DNA from: Minisyncoccia bacterium
GTDB lineage: Bacteria; Patescibacteriota; Minisyncoccia; Phycocordibacterales; Phycocordibacteraceae
DNA length: 64,000 nt
Direction of reading: 5' to 3'
NCBI GenBank assembly: GCA_041485695.1
Contig: JBGPJZ010000002.1
Coordinates: forward strand, 65,499-129,498
Of the stretch, positions 48,322-58,954 are shown one piece after another (the first letter of the stretch is position 1; each line of letters starts with the position of its first letter). A model generated the notes under the pieces. That model saw only the letters and a list, made by a program, of their open reading frames with translations, ran no database searches and was not told where the DNA came from. A program made the translations under genes and the position numbers.

Positions 48322-49065
48322 TTATGCGAGCGCTTTTACGAGCGCTGAAAAAAGAGAGGGGTCAACCGAGGCGTGCCCGACCAAGAAACCGTCGACAGCC
48401 GAACCGCCGGCGAGCCCGCGGATATTCTCGGGCTCAACCGAGCCGCCGTAAATCACCGTCGTCTTTGCGGAGGCTTTCGCGGTCGAGAGCTCAGCGAGCA
48501 CCTTGCGGATATAGAGGGTCATTTCAGCAAGGTCGGTAACGCCGATAGCCTCAGCAGAGGTCTTACCGATCGCCCATACCGGCTCATACGCGATGATGAC
48601 TTTTGATTTTTCTTTGGGTTCTATCCCCTCAAGCGCCGAAACGATATCAGCGCGAACCTGCGCCAAGTAATGCCCCTCGGTGTCGCGCGCCTGCTCACCC
48701 ACGCACACGATGGGTATGAGGCCGTGTGCTATGGCATGGGCCACCTTCTGTGAAATCATCTCGCGAGTCTCACCGGCGGCTCGACGCTCGGAATGGCCGA
48801 TGATGGCGTAGGTTACGCCGAGCGAGGTGAACATAGGGGCGGTCACCTCCCCTGTGTGCGGGCCGCCAGCTGCAAGCGAGATGTCCTGGGCCGCAAACTC
48901 AATCTTTGACTTGTTTTTGGGCGCCAAAAGACCAATCTGCGGCGCCGGGGGTGCGAGCACTATCGTTACTTTGGTGGCAGCCGTGAGGCGCTTCGCGAGG
49001 GAAAAGAGCTTTTTAGCCTTCGCAGAGTCCTCCACATACGCCTTCCAATTCGCAATAACGATCAT
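48322..49065 (-). CDS. tpiA: Triosephosphate isomerase
   Basis: ANWK, GHSERR, AYEPVWAIG and YGGSV motifs. Confidence 0.97.
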   Translation of the reverse strand: MIVIANWKAYVEDSAKAKKLFSLAKRLTAATKVTIVLAPPAPQIGLLAPKNKSKIEFAAQDISLAAGGPHTGEVTAPMFTSLGVTYAIIGHSERRAAGETREMISQKVAHAIAHGLIPIVCVGEQARDTEGHYLAQVRADIVSALEGIEPKEKSKVIIAYEPVWAIGKTSAEAIGVTDLAEMTLYIRKVLAELSTAKASAKTTVIYGGSVEPENIRGLAGGSAVDGFLVGHASVDPSLFSALVKALA

Positions 49066-49124
49066 GAACATATAATACCAGGTATAAAAACTAGGTCGTT
49101 GTCACTACGTAGTAGAATTGCATT

Positions 49125-50231
49125 ATGTATAAAGAGACCGTAGAAAGACAATTTAAGGCCGCAGATATTGAGATAAACGGCAAAAGGCCATGGGACATTC
49201 AAGTACATGATGAGAGATTCTATAAACGTTTATTCTTGCATCGCTCGCTCGGGTTAGGAGAGTCTTACATGGAAAAGTGGTGGGACTGTGAAAGGATCGA
49301 TCTGTTTATCGAGAAAGTGTCGCGTTCAATCGGAAATAATAAAATAACCATATCCTTTGCGATGTTATGGATTAAAGCCCGTCTTTTTAACTTGCAGTCA
49401 CCACAGGGCGCACGCAAAGTTATTGAGGAGCATTATGACCTCAGCAACGATTTGTACATGTCCTTTCTCGACCGCTATAACCAGTACACCTGCGGATTTT
49501 TCCAAGAGACTACCGACCTCAACAAAGCACAGGAGCAGAAACTAGAACTCATTTGTAAGAAGCTGCATTTAAAACGGGAAGACCGCGTTCTCGATATCGG
49601 GTGCGGGTGGGGTGGTTTCGCTAAATACGCAGCAGAGCACTACGGATGTCGTGTGGTAGGAATTACCATCTCTGATGCACAGCTTGCCTACGCACAAAAA
49701 GACACGGATGGACTACCTGTGGAAATACGCAAACAAGATTACAGGGACTTATCAGGCGAGGAGTTCGACAAAATCGTTATCATCGGGATGATTGAACACG
49801 TTGGTTATAAGAATTATGAGAAACTATTAAAGACAGTAGCAGGGTGTTTGGCCGACGACGGGCTTTTTCTTCTTCATACCATCGGAAGGAACGACAGCGC
49901 GTCTACCGGTGAACCTTGGTCACATAAATACATCTTCCCGAACGGGATGCTTCCCTCTATCAAACAAATCGGAGAAGCGAGCGAAGACGTCTTTGTCATG
50001 GAAGACTGGCATAACTTTGGTCCTTATTATGTCGATACGCTTCTTGCTTGGGACGCAAACTTCCAGAAGAACTGGCTCCAGATAAAAAAGGATTACTCAG
50101 AAACGTTCTTTAGGATGTTTAGATATTATTTCAATAGTTTTGCAGGCGCTTTCAGGGCACGCCATATCCAATTGTGGCAAGTAGTTTTTAGCAAAGGAGT
50201 AACCAATAGGGTTTACGAGCGTGTACGCTAA
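49125..50231 (+). CDS. cfa: Cyclopropane-fatty-acyl-phospholipid synthase
   Basis: LGLGESYM..WWDC, HYDLSNDLY, LDIGCGWG, EHVG and KYIFPNG; visibly more AT-rich than its neighbours. Confidence 0.95.
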   Translation: MYKETVERQFKAADIEINGKRPWDIQVHDERFYKRLFLHRSLGLGESYMEKWWDCERIDLFIEKVSRSIGNNKITISFAMLWIKARLFNLQSPQGARKVIEEHYDLSNDLYMSFLDRYNQYTCGFFQETTDLNKAQEQKLELICKKLHLKREDRVLDIGCGWGGFAKYAAEHYGCRVVGITISDAQLAYAQKDTDGLPVEIRKQDYRDLSGEEFDKIVIIGMIEHVGYKNYEKLLKTVAGCLADDGLFLLHTIGRNDSASTGEPWSHKYIFPNGMLPSIKQIGEASEDVFVMEDWHNFGPYYVDTLLAWDANFQKNWLQIKKDYSETFFRMFRYYFNSFAGAFRARHIQLWQVVFSKGVTNRVYERVR

Positions 50232-50232
50232 A

Positions 50233-51663
50233 TTATTGCTCGCGCCAATCGACGAACTGGTACTGGGTCGAGGTAATCGGGGTAAATACGGGCGGATTCG
50301 TTGAATTTTGCCGGTCGAACGTCGTAGTGCGCGTCGGGTACCCCGAATGTTTCCCATTGCCGCAGCCGTAGCCCGAATACGTCCAATACGTGCCGGGCTT
50401 TAAGTTCGACACGATAGTACCGAGGATGGTTAGGGTGTTTTTGTTTGCATACGCAGCGTTCGCACAGGTGTACATATTCATACCGAAGGCGCCTGATTGC
50501 GAGATGAAGATGCCATCAAGCGTAAGGTTCGATGGTGCGTCCGGAGCAATGAGGACATCTCCTTGCGATACGAGCGTGAACCCGGCGCTCCCGTCAAAAA
50601 CGGAGTATACGATGTTGTTTTTAAGGAGCGTGTAGGGGACAACTCCAGCGTGCGCAACATCAGCGACCGCGAGCGTTACCTTGCCGCTTATCGTTCCCTC
50701 AACCCAGGTGTGATCCTCGACATAGATAAGCGGGCAGCCTGAAGGGATGGCGTAGGTGCCGTCCAAGACTTCATTCTGGATAAGCGTGTATTCGGTCTGG
50801 AGCCCGGCGCCCGGGTTACTGACCGGAACGGCCGAGACCGTATTCTCGCTACCCACCCTGTAAACAGTGACGGTTCCGTTCGAATTAAAAATAAGGTGAT
50901 AGCCCTTGAAATAGGCATTGCCGCCGTTACCCGAGCTGGTGCGGGCGAAATAGAGCCCTGTTGCTTGTGCCGTCGTCTTGAGCGCAGAGAAGTCTGCTGA
51001 AATCGCCCCGAAGTCTGTCTGGGGCGTCGGGTACTGCCACAAGCTCTGATCGACACCCGCGCCGAAAACCCCGGGCTTCACTGCAGAAGGAGCGCAGCCG
51101 AAATTCGCATCGCAGGTCCAGGTCGCGAGAGAGCTCGTTACCGGCGACGTCGAGGTGCCGTCCATGCGGATACCGCCGTTTGAATGAAAGGGGCCGAAGA
51201 GGGTCGAACCGACCCATACGCTTGAATTGACGATAAAAGAGTACTGCGCCACTGAAGGCTGCGCATAGCGCGCCCAGAGCGTTTTCGAAACCGTGGGAGC
51301 GTCGCTTGGCACGCCCTTCGAGGTCACATCGATTGAACTCTTCTGCCCGCACGCTGCGTTGCCTGTGATGGAGAGCGTGTAGGTACCGGCGGCACCCCCT
51401 TGCGGGTCAAGGTAGGAAACTTGGTATGGCCCAGGCTGGCCGGTACCGTTCTGCGTGTCACCCGGGAAGTGGGAAAGGAACCAGCGGTAATACTCAAGGC
51501 CCGCTTCAGAAATAGCGAATGATTCCTGTTTCTGCCGCTGCAGCTCCTCTGCGCGATTTTCGAGTAAAACGTACCCTGAAATGGCGGTAAGAACCGAAAA
51601 AAAGATCGCCCCGAATACAAGCACAAGGAGGAGTATCGAGCCCCGTCGGCGGATAGTTTTCAT
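50233..51663 (-). CDS. PilX-like minor pilin/assembly protein with a large C-terminal domain
   Basis: RRG|SILLLVLV class III-like signal and SEAGLEYYRW. Confidence 0.8.
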   Translation of the reverse strand: MKTIRRRGSILLLVLVFGAIFFSVLTAISGYVLLENRAEELQRQKQESFAISEAGLEYYRWFLSHFPGDTQNGTGQPGPYQVSYLDPQGGAAGTYTLSITGNAACGQKSSIDVTSKGVPSDAPTVSKTLWARYAQPSVAQYSFIVNSSVWVGSTLFGPFHSNGGIRMDGTSTSPVTSSLATWTCDANFGCAPSAVKPGVFGAGVDQSLWQYPTPQTDFGAISADFSALKTTAQATGLYFARTSSGNGGNAYFKGYHLIFNSNGTVTVYRVGSENTVSAVPVSNPGAGLQTEYTLIQNEVLDGTYAIPSGCPLIYVEDHTWVEGTISGKVTLAVADVAHAGVVPYTLLKNNIVYSVFDGSAGFTLVSQGDVLIAPDAPSNLTLDGIFISQSGAFGMNMYTCANAAYANKNTLTILGTIVSNLKPGTYWTYSGYGCGNGKHSGYPTRTTTFDRQNSTNPPVFTPITSTQYQFVDWREQ

Positions 51664-52256
51664 TTTTGAGTTGAAAGGTTGCGCAAGGTCGCACCGGCAG
51701 AGAGCGTATACACGGTCGGTGCGCGGGTCGGGTTCACGTCGGTGAGGACCGTCAATTTGACCGAAATGATGGAAGGGATGACCGGAGCCGCCCCGAGAGC
51801 GGTCCCGTTGCTATCATAGTACGTGAACAGCGGCGTCGACGTACCATTACGTATGTTATCAACCACGAGAGTCACGACCTCTGGTTGCCCAGCATACGAA
51901 GGGGGGTTGCCAATCGGCTCGGTTACTCCGCGATAGAAGGTGAACCCTGAAAGGTAGTAGCGGACTTTCTCAAGTACCGACGTACCGGATATGTCAGAGT
52001 AAAAAGTGATGGTCGAGGTGGCTGCAGCGGCAATCGGATAGGAGCCATCAGCAGCATACGAGGCCTCGCGCAGGTTAGAGACGGCGTTTTGAATACTGCG
52101 GCGCGCGCTCTCAACCGCCTGGGTCTGCTCCAGCGTGTAGGCATTCGTTTGATAGAAATATTGAATCAAGAATCCCACTGCGAGCATGACGACCACCGAG
52201 ATAGTCATTGTTACCAGCATCTCAATGAGCGTAAAACCGCGAGGGAGGTAGGCCAT
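51660..52256 (-). CDS. Type IV minor pilin (PilW-like)
   Basis: RG|FTLIEM prepilin motif. Confidence 0.88.
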   Translation of the reverse strand: MAYLPRGFTLIEMLVTMTISVVVMLAVGFLIQYFYQTNAYTLEQTQAVESARRSIQNAVSNLREASYAADGSYPIAAAATSTITFYSDISGTSVLEKVRYYLSGFTFYRGVTEPIGNPPSYAGQPEVVTLVVDNIRNGTSTPLFTYYDSNGTALGAAPVIPSIISVKLTVLTDVNPTRAPTVYTLSAGATLRNLSTQK

Positions 52257-52260
52257 ACGA

Positions 52261-53964
52261 TTAGGGAAAAGCAGCCTCGAATGTCGTCAGTCCTCCCACG
52301 GCAACGCCCGGGAACTGCGTCGTGGTGTATCCCGCCTTTGATATCGTAACGGTATAGGTGTTGGCAGAGATGTTGCCGAAATACGCATTGCCGCACGCAG
52401 AGCTCACGACGCTTGCAGAAAATCCTGCTCGAGTAAGGTCGACTGTAGCACCACTGACTGCGAGCCCTCCTGAATCGACGACCGAGATAAAGAGCGAATT
52501 CGTTGTGGCGGCGCCAAGCACGAGAGAGGCGGCAAGCGACTCTCCAGCTGCAAGGGTATACGGGGGCGTGGGGCACGTATCGACGATATCGTAACCTGGC
52601 ACCGAGAGAGCGTACCCGTCCCGTTCAAGAGGGGCTGCCACCTGCGCGCCCGCTCCTGTTGTCGTATTCACCACTGTCTTGTAAATGGGCGCCCCGCCGG
52701 CGGTCGAACCAATCGTCTTAGTGCCTGTAAGCATAAACGATACATTCGCTAAAGGAGCGGGGCCCGCAAGCGCAGAGATTGACCAGCCAAGGATGGAAGG
52801 GGCTGTCGTGGTAGCGGTCGAAAGCAGGGCTCCTATCGCAAGCGAGGGATAGGTCGAGGTTGAAATAGTTGAGAGATTGATGGGGAAAGTCATGAATCCG
52901 ACTGAATTGCCAGGGAGTACCGCGTCAGGGAGAAGCGCTCCAGAGCCGTCGTAGATTTGAATAGCTGCAGACGTATCGGTCGTGGTCGAAAGCGCTGACG
53001 AGACGCTCTCCCACCTCGAAAGGTACTGCGGAGCGAACGCGATGGAGCGAACGTTCCCGTTCACCTCCCCTGGGTTAAGAGTAAGCGTCCCGCCTGAAAC
53101 AATGACGCTTGAAGAAGCTGCGATGTTTGAACCGTTCGCAAACGTATCCGCGAACGTCGTAGTTGCAGGGGGTGAAAAGGTCGAAAGCGTCAGCACTCCC
53201 ATGAGGTCAATCGCAAAGGTCCCCGTTGTCGTTTGATCTTTTGAAATAGTGAGTAATCCGGGAGTCGGGTTCGCATTCTGTGCATCTACCGGGTAGGTCT
53301 GAGCCGAGGAGCAGCCGCTCTTGCTCACGTACACTTGGTACTCTGACGACGTCGCGGCACCCGGCAAGTAGACGATGCCGCTCATGTTGCTAAAGGTGGT
53401 GAGGTCAACGGGGGGCGACGTGCTTGTATTTATGATGTGGACGGTGGCGCCCGAGAGGCAAGCGCCAGCCGGGTCGACCACCTTGACCTGGAGCGTCCCA
53501 CCGCCCGTTGAACTTTCGATGGTGGGCGGTACGAAATTCGAAATGAACGCGATGCTTTTAGCGATCCCTGCGATCACATATGAGACTGAAACCTTAGCGA
53601 CTTTGTAGTCAGTCGTGATGCCAGTCTGATCTAAGGCGCCCGTGCCATCAGCAGGGTCATCGACGTATTCAATGAACGTGTGCGTTACGAAATCCACGCC
53701 GCTCACGGTCGTCGTTGCGACCTGCGGTATCAGCCCTGCAGGAATGCCACCCACGGTGCCCAAGGAGTCGTAGGCGAGGCCGCGCAAGTATTCCACTTGG
53801 CTCTGCGCAACAGAGCTTGCAGAGGCACTGGCCTTGCCCACGATTGAAAGGATGATTGAAACGCGCAGGAGCCCGAGGAGGGCAAGAAACAGCGCCAGGA
53901 AGATTGCGATACCCACGATGGTCTCGATAAGACCGAATCCCCGCGCATGGTGCGAGGTTGGCAT
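52261..53964 (-). CDS. Large prepilin-type protein with beta-sandwich (carboxypeptidase-regulatory-like) domains
   Basis: RG|FGLIET; V-VVD..G..-SGATV and Y-V-vSK-G repeats; Ser/Thr-rich. Confidence 0.82.
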   Translation of the reverse strand: MPTSHHARGFGLIETIVGIAIFLALFLALLGLLRVSIILSIVGKASASASSVAQSQVEYLRGLAYDSLGTVGGIPAGLIPQVATTTVSGVDFVTHTFIEYVDDPADGTGALDQTGITTDYKVAKVSVSYVIAGIAKSIAFISNFVPPTIESSTGGGTLQVKVVDPAGACLSGATVHIINTSTSPPVDLTTFSNMSGIVYLPGAATSSEYQVYVSKSGCSSAQTYPVDAQNANPTPGLLTISKDQTTTGTFAIDLMGVLTLSTFSPPATTTFADTFANGSNIAASSSVIVSGGTLTLNPGEVNGNVRSIAFAPQYLSRWESVSSALSTTTDTSAAIQIYDGSGALLPDAVLPGNSVGFMTFPINLSTISTSTYPSLAIGALLSTATTTAPSILGWSISALAGPAPLANVSFMLTGTKTIGSTAGGAPIYKTVVNTTTGAGAQVAAPLERDGYALSVPGYDIVDTCPTPPYTLAAGESLAASLVLGAATTNSLFISVVDSGGLAVSGATVDLTRAGFSASVVSSACGNAYFGNISANTYTVTISKAGYTTTQFPGVAVGGLTTFEAAFP

Positions 53965-53967
53965 AGG

Positions 53968-55179
53968 CTAGAATGCTGACGAAAGCGAGTAGATTGGCGC
54001 AATCATCGCGACGGCGAAGACACCTACCATGCCTCCGATGAAAAGCATCAAGACCGGCTCGATGATCGTCGAGAGATCCTTCGTCTTTTGCGAGACGTCG
54101 CCCTCGTAAAACTCTGCCACCTGGAGGAGCATCTCGGCAAGCTTGCCGGTTTCCTCTCCCACGGCGACCATATCGCTCATCATGAGCGGATAGAGCTTGG
54201 GGTGCTCGATAAACGCGGCTGAAAGAGGGTCGCCCTTCTTGACCCTCAAGGCTGCCTCACCTAGCACCTTCGCGAACAGGGGCGCTCCCACGACCTCTTC
54301 GGTTATTGAAAGGGCACTCAGCACGGGCACGCCCGCCGAGAGAAGCGAGGCAAGGGTGCGCGAGGCGCGCGCCGCGAATGTTTCGCGGACAAGCTCTCCC
54401 ACGACTGGCGCATAGAGCGCGATGCGCAATACCACGGCACGACCTACTGGAGAACGTACGAAGGCGAGACCTCCAACGACGAGGAGGACGAGAGAGCCGA
54501 TGACTACATAGGTATGATTCACCATGAAGTTTGAGACGGCGACAATGATCTGCGTCGCAAGCGGTAACTTGACCCGAAGCTGTGAGAAGGTCGCCGTCAA
54601 GGTTGGCACGACATAGATGAGCATGAGGACAGCGACGATCACGATGGCGCCCATGACGATTGAAGGGTAGATCATCGCTCCCTTTATCTTGCGCGAGAGA
54701 TCTTCGGCTCGCTCCATCTGCGTGCTCACGACCGTGAGCGCTTGCGCGAGCCCTCCCGACTCTTCGCCAGCTTTGACCATGGCGATAAAGAGCTTTGAGA
54801 ACACCTTGGGGTGCTCTCCGAGCGCCTCGTGGAGCGTCGACCCTTTAGTGATCGTCGCCGAGACATGCGCCGCTATCTCTCGCAGATGCCTGTTGCGGGA
54901 CTGCCGTTCGAGTATTGAGAGCGCCCGAGAGAGGGAGAGGCCAGCCGTGAGCATCGCCGAGAGGTTTTTCGACATCGTAATGATCTCTTGGCGCTTCACT
55001 CCCGTGCCAATCACGAGATTGAGACGCTGTGGGAGCCTTAATCCACCGCCTTCGGCTATCGAAACCACCGAACCTCCCTCTTTTTGCACGAGGTCATACA
55101 CCGCGAAGCGCGACTCTGCCTCGACGAAGCGTTCTTCGTTGGTTGCCCCTCCTTTTTTTATGGTGACGCGGAATTTCAT
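53968..55179 (-). CDS. pilC: Type IV pilus platform protein PilC
   Basis: AGEESGGL, AMIYP, GEETGKL and IIEP motifs. Confidence 0.95.
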   Translation of the reverse strand: MKFRVTIKKGGATNEERFVEAESRFAVYDLVQKEGGSVVSIAEGGGLRLPQRLNLVIGTGVKRQEIITMSKNLSAMLTAGLSLSRALSILERQSRNRHLREIAAHVSATITKGSTLHEALGEHPKVFSKLFIAMVKAGEESGGLAQALTVVSTQMERAEDLSRKIKGAMIYPSIVMGAIVIVAVLMLIYVVPTLTATFSQLRVKLPLATQIIVAVSNFMVNHTYVVIGSLVLLVVGGLAFVRSPVGRAVVLRIALYAPVVGELVRETFAARASRTLASLLSAGVPVLSALSITEEVVGAPLFAKVLGEAALRVKKGDPLSAAFIEHPKLYPLMMSDMVAVGEETGKLAEMLLQVAEFYEGDVSQKTKDLSTIIEPVLMLFIGGMVGVFAVAMIAPIYSLSSAF

Positions 55180-55181
55180 AC

Positions 55182-56933
55182 CTATTCGGTGACGGCGCGG
55201 AGCACCTCCTCGAGCGAGGTGAGGCCGCGCGCAGCTTTATAGATGCCGTCGTCAAGCATGGTGAGCATCCCCTCTTGCTTAGCCTGATTTTCGATTGCTT
55301 CAGAGGTGCCTTTTTGCAAAATGACTTCGCGTATGGCCGAGGAGACAGAGAGAACCTCGTGGATACCGATACGGCTCTTGTAGCCATCCTCGCTATCACC
55401 CGAAGGAACAGGCTTATAAAACGGGAGCGAGTCGACGGTCACCGTGTCTTTTACCAGTTTCTCATCCTTGAGGGCCTTCAAGGCTGCTGCGAAATTTTCT
55501 TCGTTCGTGACCTTCGACTGCTCGACCTTCCCGAGCTTGTACTCTTCTTTGCTATCAGTAAGGCGTCGCACCAAGCGCTGGCCGATGATGACCTTCAAGG
55601 TCGAGACGAGGAGAAACGGCTCGACACCCATGTCCATGAGGCGCGGTATGGCGCCCGCGGCGCTGTTCGTGTGTATCGTCGAGAGCACGAGGTGACCGGT
55701 CAAGGCTGCGTTAATCGCAAGCGACGCCGTCTCGCCATCGCGAATCTCGCCTACCATGATGATGTCCGGGTCTTGGCGCACCAGGGAGCGTAGCCCGTTC
55801 GCGAAGGTGAAGCCTATTTGCGGGGCGACCTGCGTCTGGTTAACGCGCTTCATCTGGTACTCGATAGGGTCTTCAATCGTCGAAATATTCACATCGGGCG
55901 TGTTTAAAATGTCGAGCATGGTGTACAGGGTTGTCGTCTTGCCGGAGCCTGTTGGCCCTGAAGCAAGGATGATGCCGGTTGTCTGTTTCATGGCGCTGTG
56001 GATGCGCTCCAAATTTTCACCATGAAAGCCGAGTGACTCGAGCGTAAAGCCCTCTCCCGTCCCCGTCTCCCGTAGAAGGCGCATAACGATTTTCTCCCCA
56101 AAGAAGGTCGGGAGTATCGAGACGCGGAACGACACCTTATCGACCTCGGTTTCCATCTTAAAGCGACCGTCTTGCGGGAGACGCTTTTCATCGAGCTTCA
56201 AGTTCGACAAGACTTTTATGCGCGCAACAAGCCCGGGCGCAGCCGCCTTAGGCAAGGTCATCGCGTCGTGGAGGATGCCATCGATACGGTAGCGCACTAG
56301 CACTTCAGCCTCCATGGGCTCGATATGAACGTCGGATGCGTCTTGGACAATCGCGTGGCGGAGGAGGGTGTCGACGATGCGCACAATCGGCAAATCTTCA
56401 GCCAGCTTCTTCAAATCCTCGCCCGAGACATCTGCGTCGGCTTTGATGAGCTTCAGTTTGCCCGCTTCAGTCGAAATAATGTCGCCGAACTCGTCTTTGA
56501 GCGACTTCTGGTATTGCAAGAGCGCATGCTTAATCGAATCAGTGTCGGTGAGGCGCGACAATATCTTAAGCCCGGTCTTCTTCCGAACGGACTCGATAGA
56601 TTGCAAATCCTCGACGTCGAGCATCGCGACCTCCAAGGAGTCGCCCTCCTTCTTAAACGCGATGATATTGTGCGTGCGGGCTATAGGCTCGGGGATAAGA
56701 GCGAGGACGTCTATGGGGACCTTCTCTCCTTTGAGGTTTACGAAAGGGATGCCGAGCACGTAGGCTTGGATACGGCGCAGGGCGTCTTCGGTTATCGCGC
56801 CGCTCGAAACCAAAATATCGCCCAGAGGCTGTCCGCGCTTTTTACCTTCTTCAGCGGCGGCATCGACGTCTTTCCTCGAGACCAGTCCGGAGTCGACGAT
56901 GAAATCCTTGAGCTCGCTCTCTGAAACATGCAT
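55182..56933 (-). CDS. pilB: Type IV pilus extension ATPase PilB
   Basis: ASDVHIEP, PQDGR, GPTGSGKTTT, RQDPD and TGHLVLST motifs. Confidence 0.95.
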   Translation of the reverse strand: MHVSESELKDFIVDSGLVSRKDVDAAAEEGKKRGQPLGDILVSSGAITEDALRRIQAYVLGIPFVNLKGEKVPIDVLALIPEPIARTHNIIAFKKEGDSLEVAMLDVEDLQSIESVRKKTGLKILSRLTDTDSIKHALLQYQKSLKDEFGDIISTEAGKLKLIKADADVSGEDLKKLAEDLPIVRIVDTLLRHAIVQDASDVHIEPMEAEVLVRYRIDGILHDAMTLPKAAAPGLVARIKVLSNLKLDEKRLPQDGRFKMETEVDKVSFRVSILPTFFGEKIVMRLLRETGTGEGFTLESLGFHGENLERIHSAMKQTTGIILASGPTGSGKTTTLYTMLDILNTPDVNISTIEDPIEYQMKRVNQTQVAPQIGFTFANGLRSLVRQDPDIIMVGEIRDGETASLAINAALTGHLVLSTIHTNSAAGAIPRLMDMGVEPFLLVSTLKVIIGQRLVRRLTDSKEEYKLGKVEQSKVTNEENFAAALKALKDEKLVKDTVTVDSLPFYKPVPSGDSEDGYKSRIGIHEVLSVSSAIREVILQKGTSEAIENQAKQEGMLTMLDDGIYKAARGLTSLEEVLRAVTE

Positions 56934-56968
56934 ATACAACGAAGTATAACGCTCTTTCGGTACTTATA

Positions 56969-56997
56969 TTGACTTCTTCCCCACCATCGGCTATCTT
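56969..56997 (+). promoter_or_regulatory. nusA promoter
   Basis: TTGACT-17 bp-TATCTT. Confidence 0.6.
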
Positions 56998-57059
56998 GCA
57001 GGTATCAGATATGCCCGTTAGGGCATTTCTTTTTACAAGGTGCGACATACACAATCCAT

Positions 57060-58415
57060 ATGTTAGACCTCAAAACAATCAATTCGGTCTTAGGGGAGTT
57101 CGAGGAGCGCGGTATCGAGCGGCAGACGATGATCGACGCTATCGAAAGCGCCATGGCGACCGCATACAAGCGCGAGTTCGGCAAGCGCGGGCAAGTCATC
57201 CGCACCAAGCTCGACATGAATACGGGCACGGTCTCTTTCGAACAGGTCAAGACCGTTGTCGACGACACGCTCGTCCGCTTCCCCAAGGAAGATGAGGAGG
57301 CGCCGGCGCACGATGCCCACCCGCACCATTTCCATGAAGAGGAGGTGTTGGCTGAAGGAGAACTCCCTCGCTACGACTCCGAGAAACACATCCTCATCGA
57401 GGATGCGAAGCGCATCAAGCGCGACGCGGCGCTTGGCGGCGAGATCATCTTCCCTCTTGAGCCGCAAGAGGACTTCGGCCGCATCGCGGCACAGACGGCG
57501 AAGCAAGTCGTCATTCAAAAAGTGCGCGAGGCCGAGAAGCAGTCGATGCTTGAAGAGTTCGGCGAGAAAAAAGGCGAGATTGTAAGCGGGCTGGTGCAGC
57601 GTATGGAGCGCGGGGCGCTTTTCATCGACCTCGGCCGCACCACCGGCATCATCCCGTACGAAGAGCAGATACCTGGCGAGCGCTATCGCCCTGGCGAGCG
57701 TATCCGTGCCTATCTCTACAACGTTGAGGAGGGCTTTCGGGGCGTCTACCTGCGTCTCTCCCGCGCGCATCCTAAATTCATCGTCAAGCTTTTCGAATCA
57801 GAGGCGCCCGAGCTAGCTGCGGGCTCAATCGAGGTGAAAGGCATCGCGCGAGAGCCGGGGAGCCGGACGAAGATCGCGGTCGCTTCCTTGGACCCGCATG
57901 TCGACCCGGTCGGCTCCTTGGTGGGCCAGCGCGGCGTGCGCGTCTCGACCGTGATGAGCGAGCTTGGCGGTGAACGCATCGACATCATCGAGTGGAATGA
58001 AAACGCTACTGCCTATATAAAGGAGGCACTTTCACCCGCGACTCCTCTTGAGGTCGTGCTCGACGAAGCTGCGCATCGCGCCACCGTCACCGTCTCTCTC
58101 GACGAGCAGTCGCTTGCTATCGGGCGAGGCGGGCAAAACGTACGCCTTGCCGCGAAGCTTACGGGGTGGAATATCGACATCGTGTCTTCGCAGGGCGCGA
58201 ACGTTGCTGAAAGCGATGGCGACGAGGTGACGCTCGCTTCCGAGTCCTCGGTACAGGCAGGAGTAAGCCCGACTGAAAGCAACGAAATAATCACTGACGA
58301 CACGGTCGAGAAGACCGTCCTCCCTGCAGAGGAGGAGCTCACACCTGCCCCCTCGGGAGACGAGACCGTAGCCGACAAGGAGGAGGACCGCGACAAAGAA
58401 GCTCCGAGCGAGTAA
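57060..58415 (+). CDS. nusA: Transcription factor NusA
   Basis: FGRIAAQTAKQV, AREPGSRTKIAV and AIGRGGQNVRLA. Confidence 0.98.
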   Translation: MLDLKTINSVLGEFEERGIERQTMIDAIESAMATAYKREFGKRGQVIRTKLDMNTGTVSFEQVKTVVDDTLVRFPKEDEEAPAHDAHPHHFHEEEVLAEGELPRYDSEKHILIEDAKRIKRDAALGGEIIFPLEPQEDFGRIAAQTAKQVVIQKVREAEKQSMLEEFGEKKGEIVSGLVQRMERGALFIDLGRTTGIIPYEEQIPGERYRPGERIRAYLYNVEEGFRGVYLRLSRAHPKFIVKLFESEAPELAAGSIEVKGIAREPGSRTKIAVASLDPHVDPVGSLVGQRGVRVSTVMSELGGERIDIIEWNENATAYIKEALSPATPLEVVLDEAAHRATVTVSLDEQSLAIGRGGQNVRLAAKLTGWNIDIVSSQGANVAESDGDEVTLASESSVQAGVSPTESNEIITDDTVEKTVLPAEEELTPAPSGDETVADKEEDRDKEAPSE

Positions 58416-58427
58416 CATATCCTGTAT

Positions 58428-58952
58428 ATGAACTTACTTCATGATATCGACCCAGGAACCTCGGAGGAGATGAATGTCATCATCGAGATCCCCAAGGGCT
58501 CTCACAATAAGTACGAAGTCGACAAAAAGACGGGGCTCATCAAACTCGATCGCGCAAATTACACTCCGGCTGCATACCCAATAGAGTACGGGTTCATCCC
58601 TCAGACGCTTGATGACGACGGCGATGCGTCAGACGTACTCCTCTTTGCAACGTACCCTATTCACCCCGGGGTACTCGTTGAGGTGCGCCCAGTTGCGCTG
58701 ATGGAAATGACTGATGACGGTGAACGAGATAATAAAATTATCGGCGTACCAGCAAAAGATCAGCGATGGGACGATGTACAGGATCTAAAAGACCTGAATC
58801 GTCATGCTCTCCAAGAGATAAAATTGTTTTTCGAGACAATCAAACAACTCAAGACAAAACCAGCGGTCGTTACCGTACACGGATTTAAAGACCGCGCGGC
58901 TGCGCAAGCTGAATTTGAGCGCGGATGTAAGATGTACGCCGACAAAAAGTAG
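58428..58952 (+). CDS. ppa: Inorganic pyrophosphatase
   Basis: IEIPKGS..KYE, YGFIPQTL..DGD..DV and D..ERDNKII. Confidence 0.96.
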   Translation: MNLLHDIDPGTSEEMNVIIEIPKGSHNKYEVDKKTGLIKLDRANYTPAAYPIEYGFIPQTLDDDGDASDVLLFATYPIHPGVLVEVRPVALMEMTDDGERDNKIIGVPAKDQRWDDVQDLKDLNRHALQEIKLFFETIKQLKTKPAVVTVHGFKDRAAAQAEFERGCKMYADKK

Positions 58953-58954
58953 CC

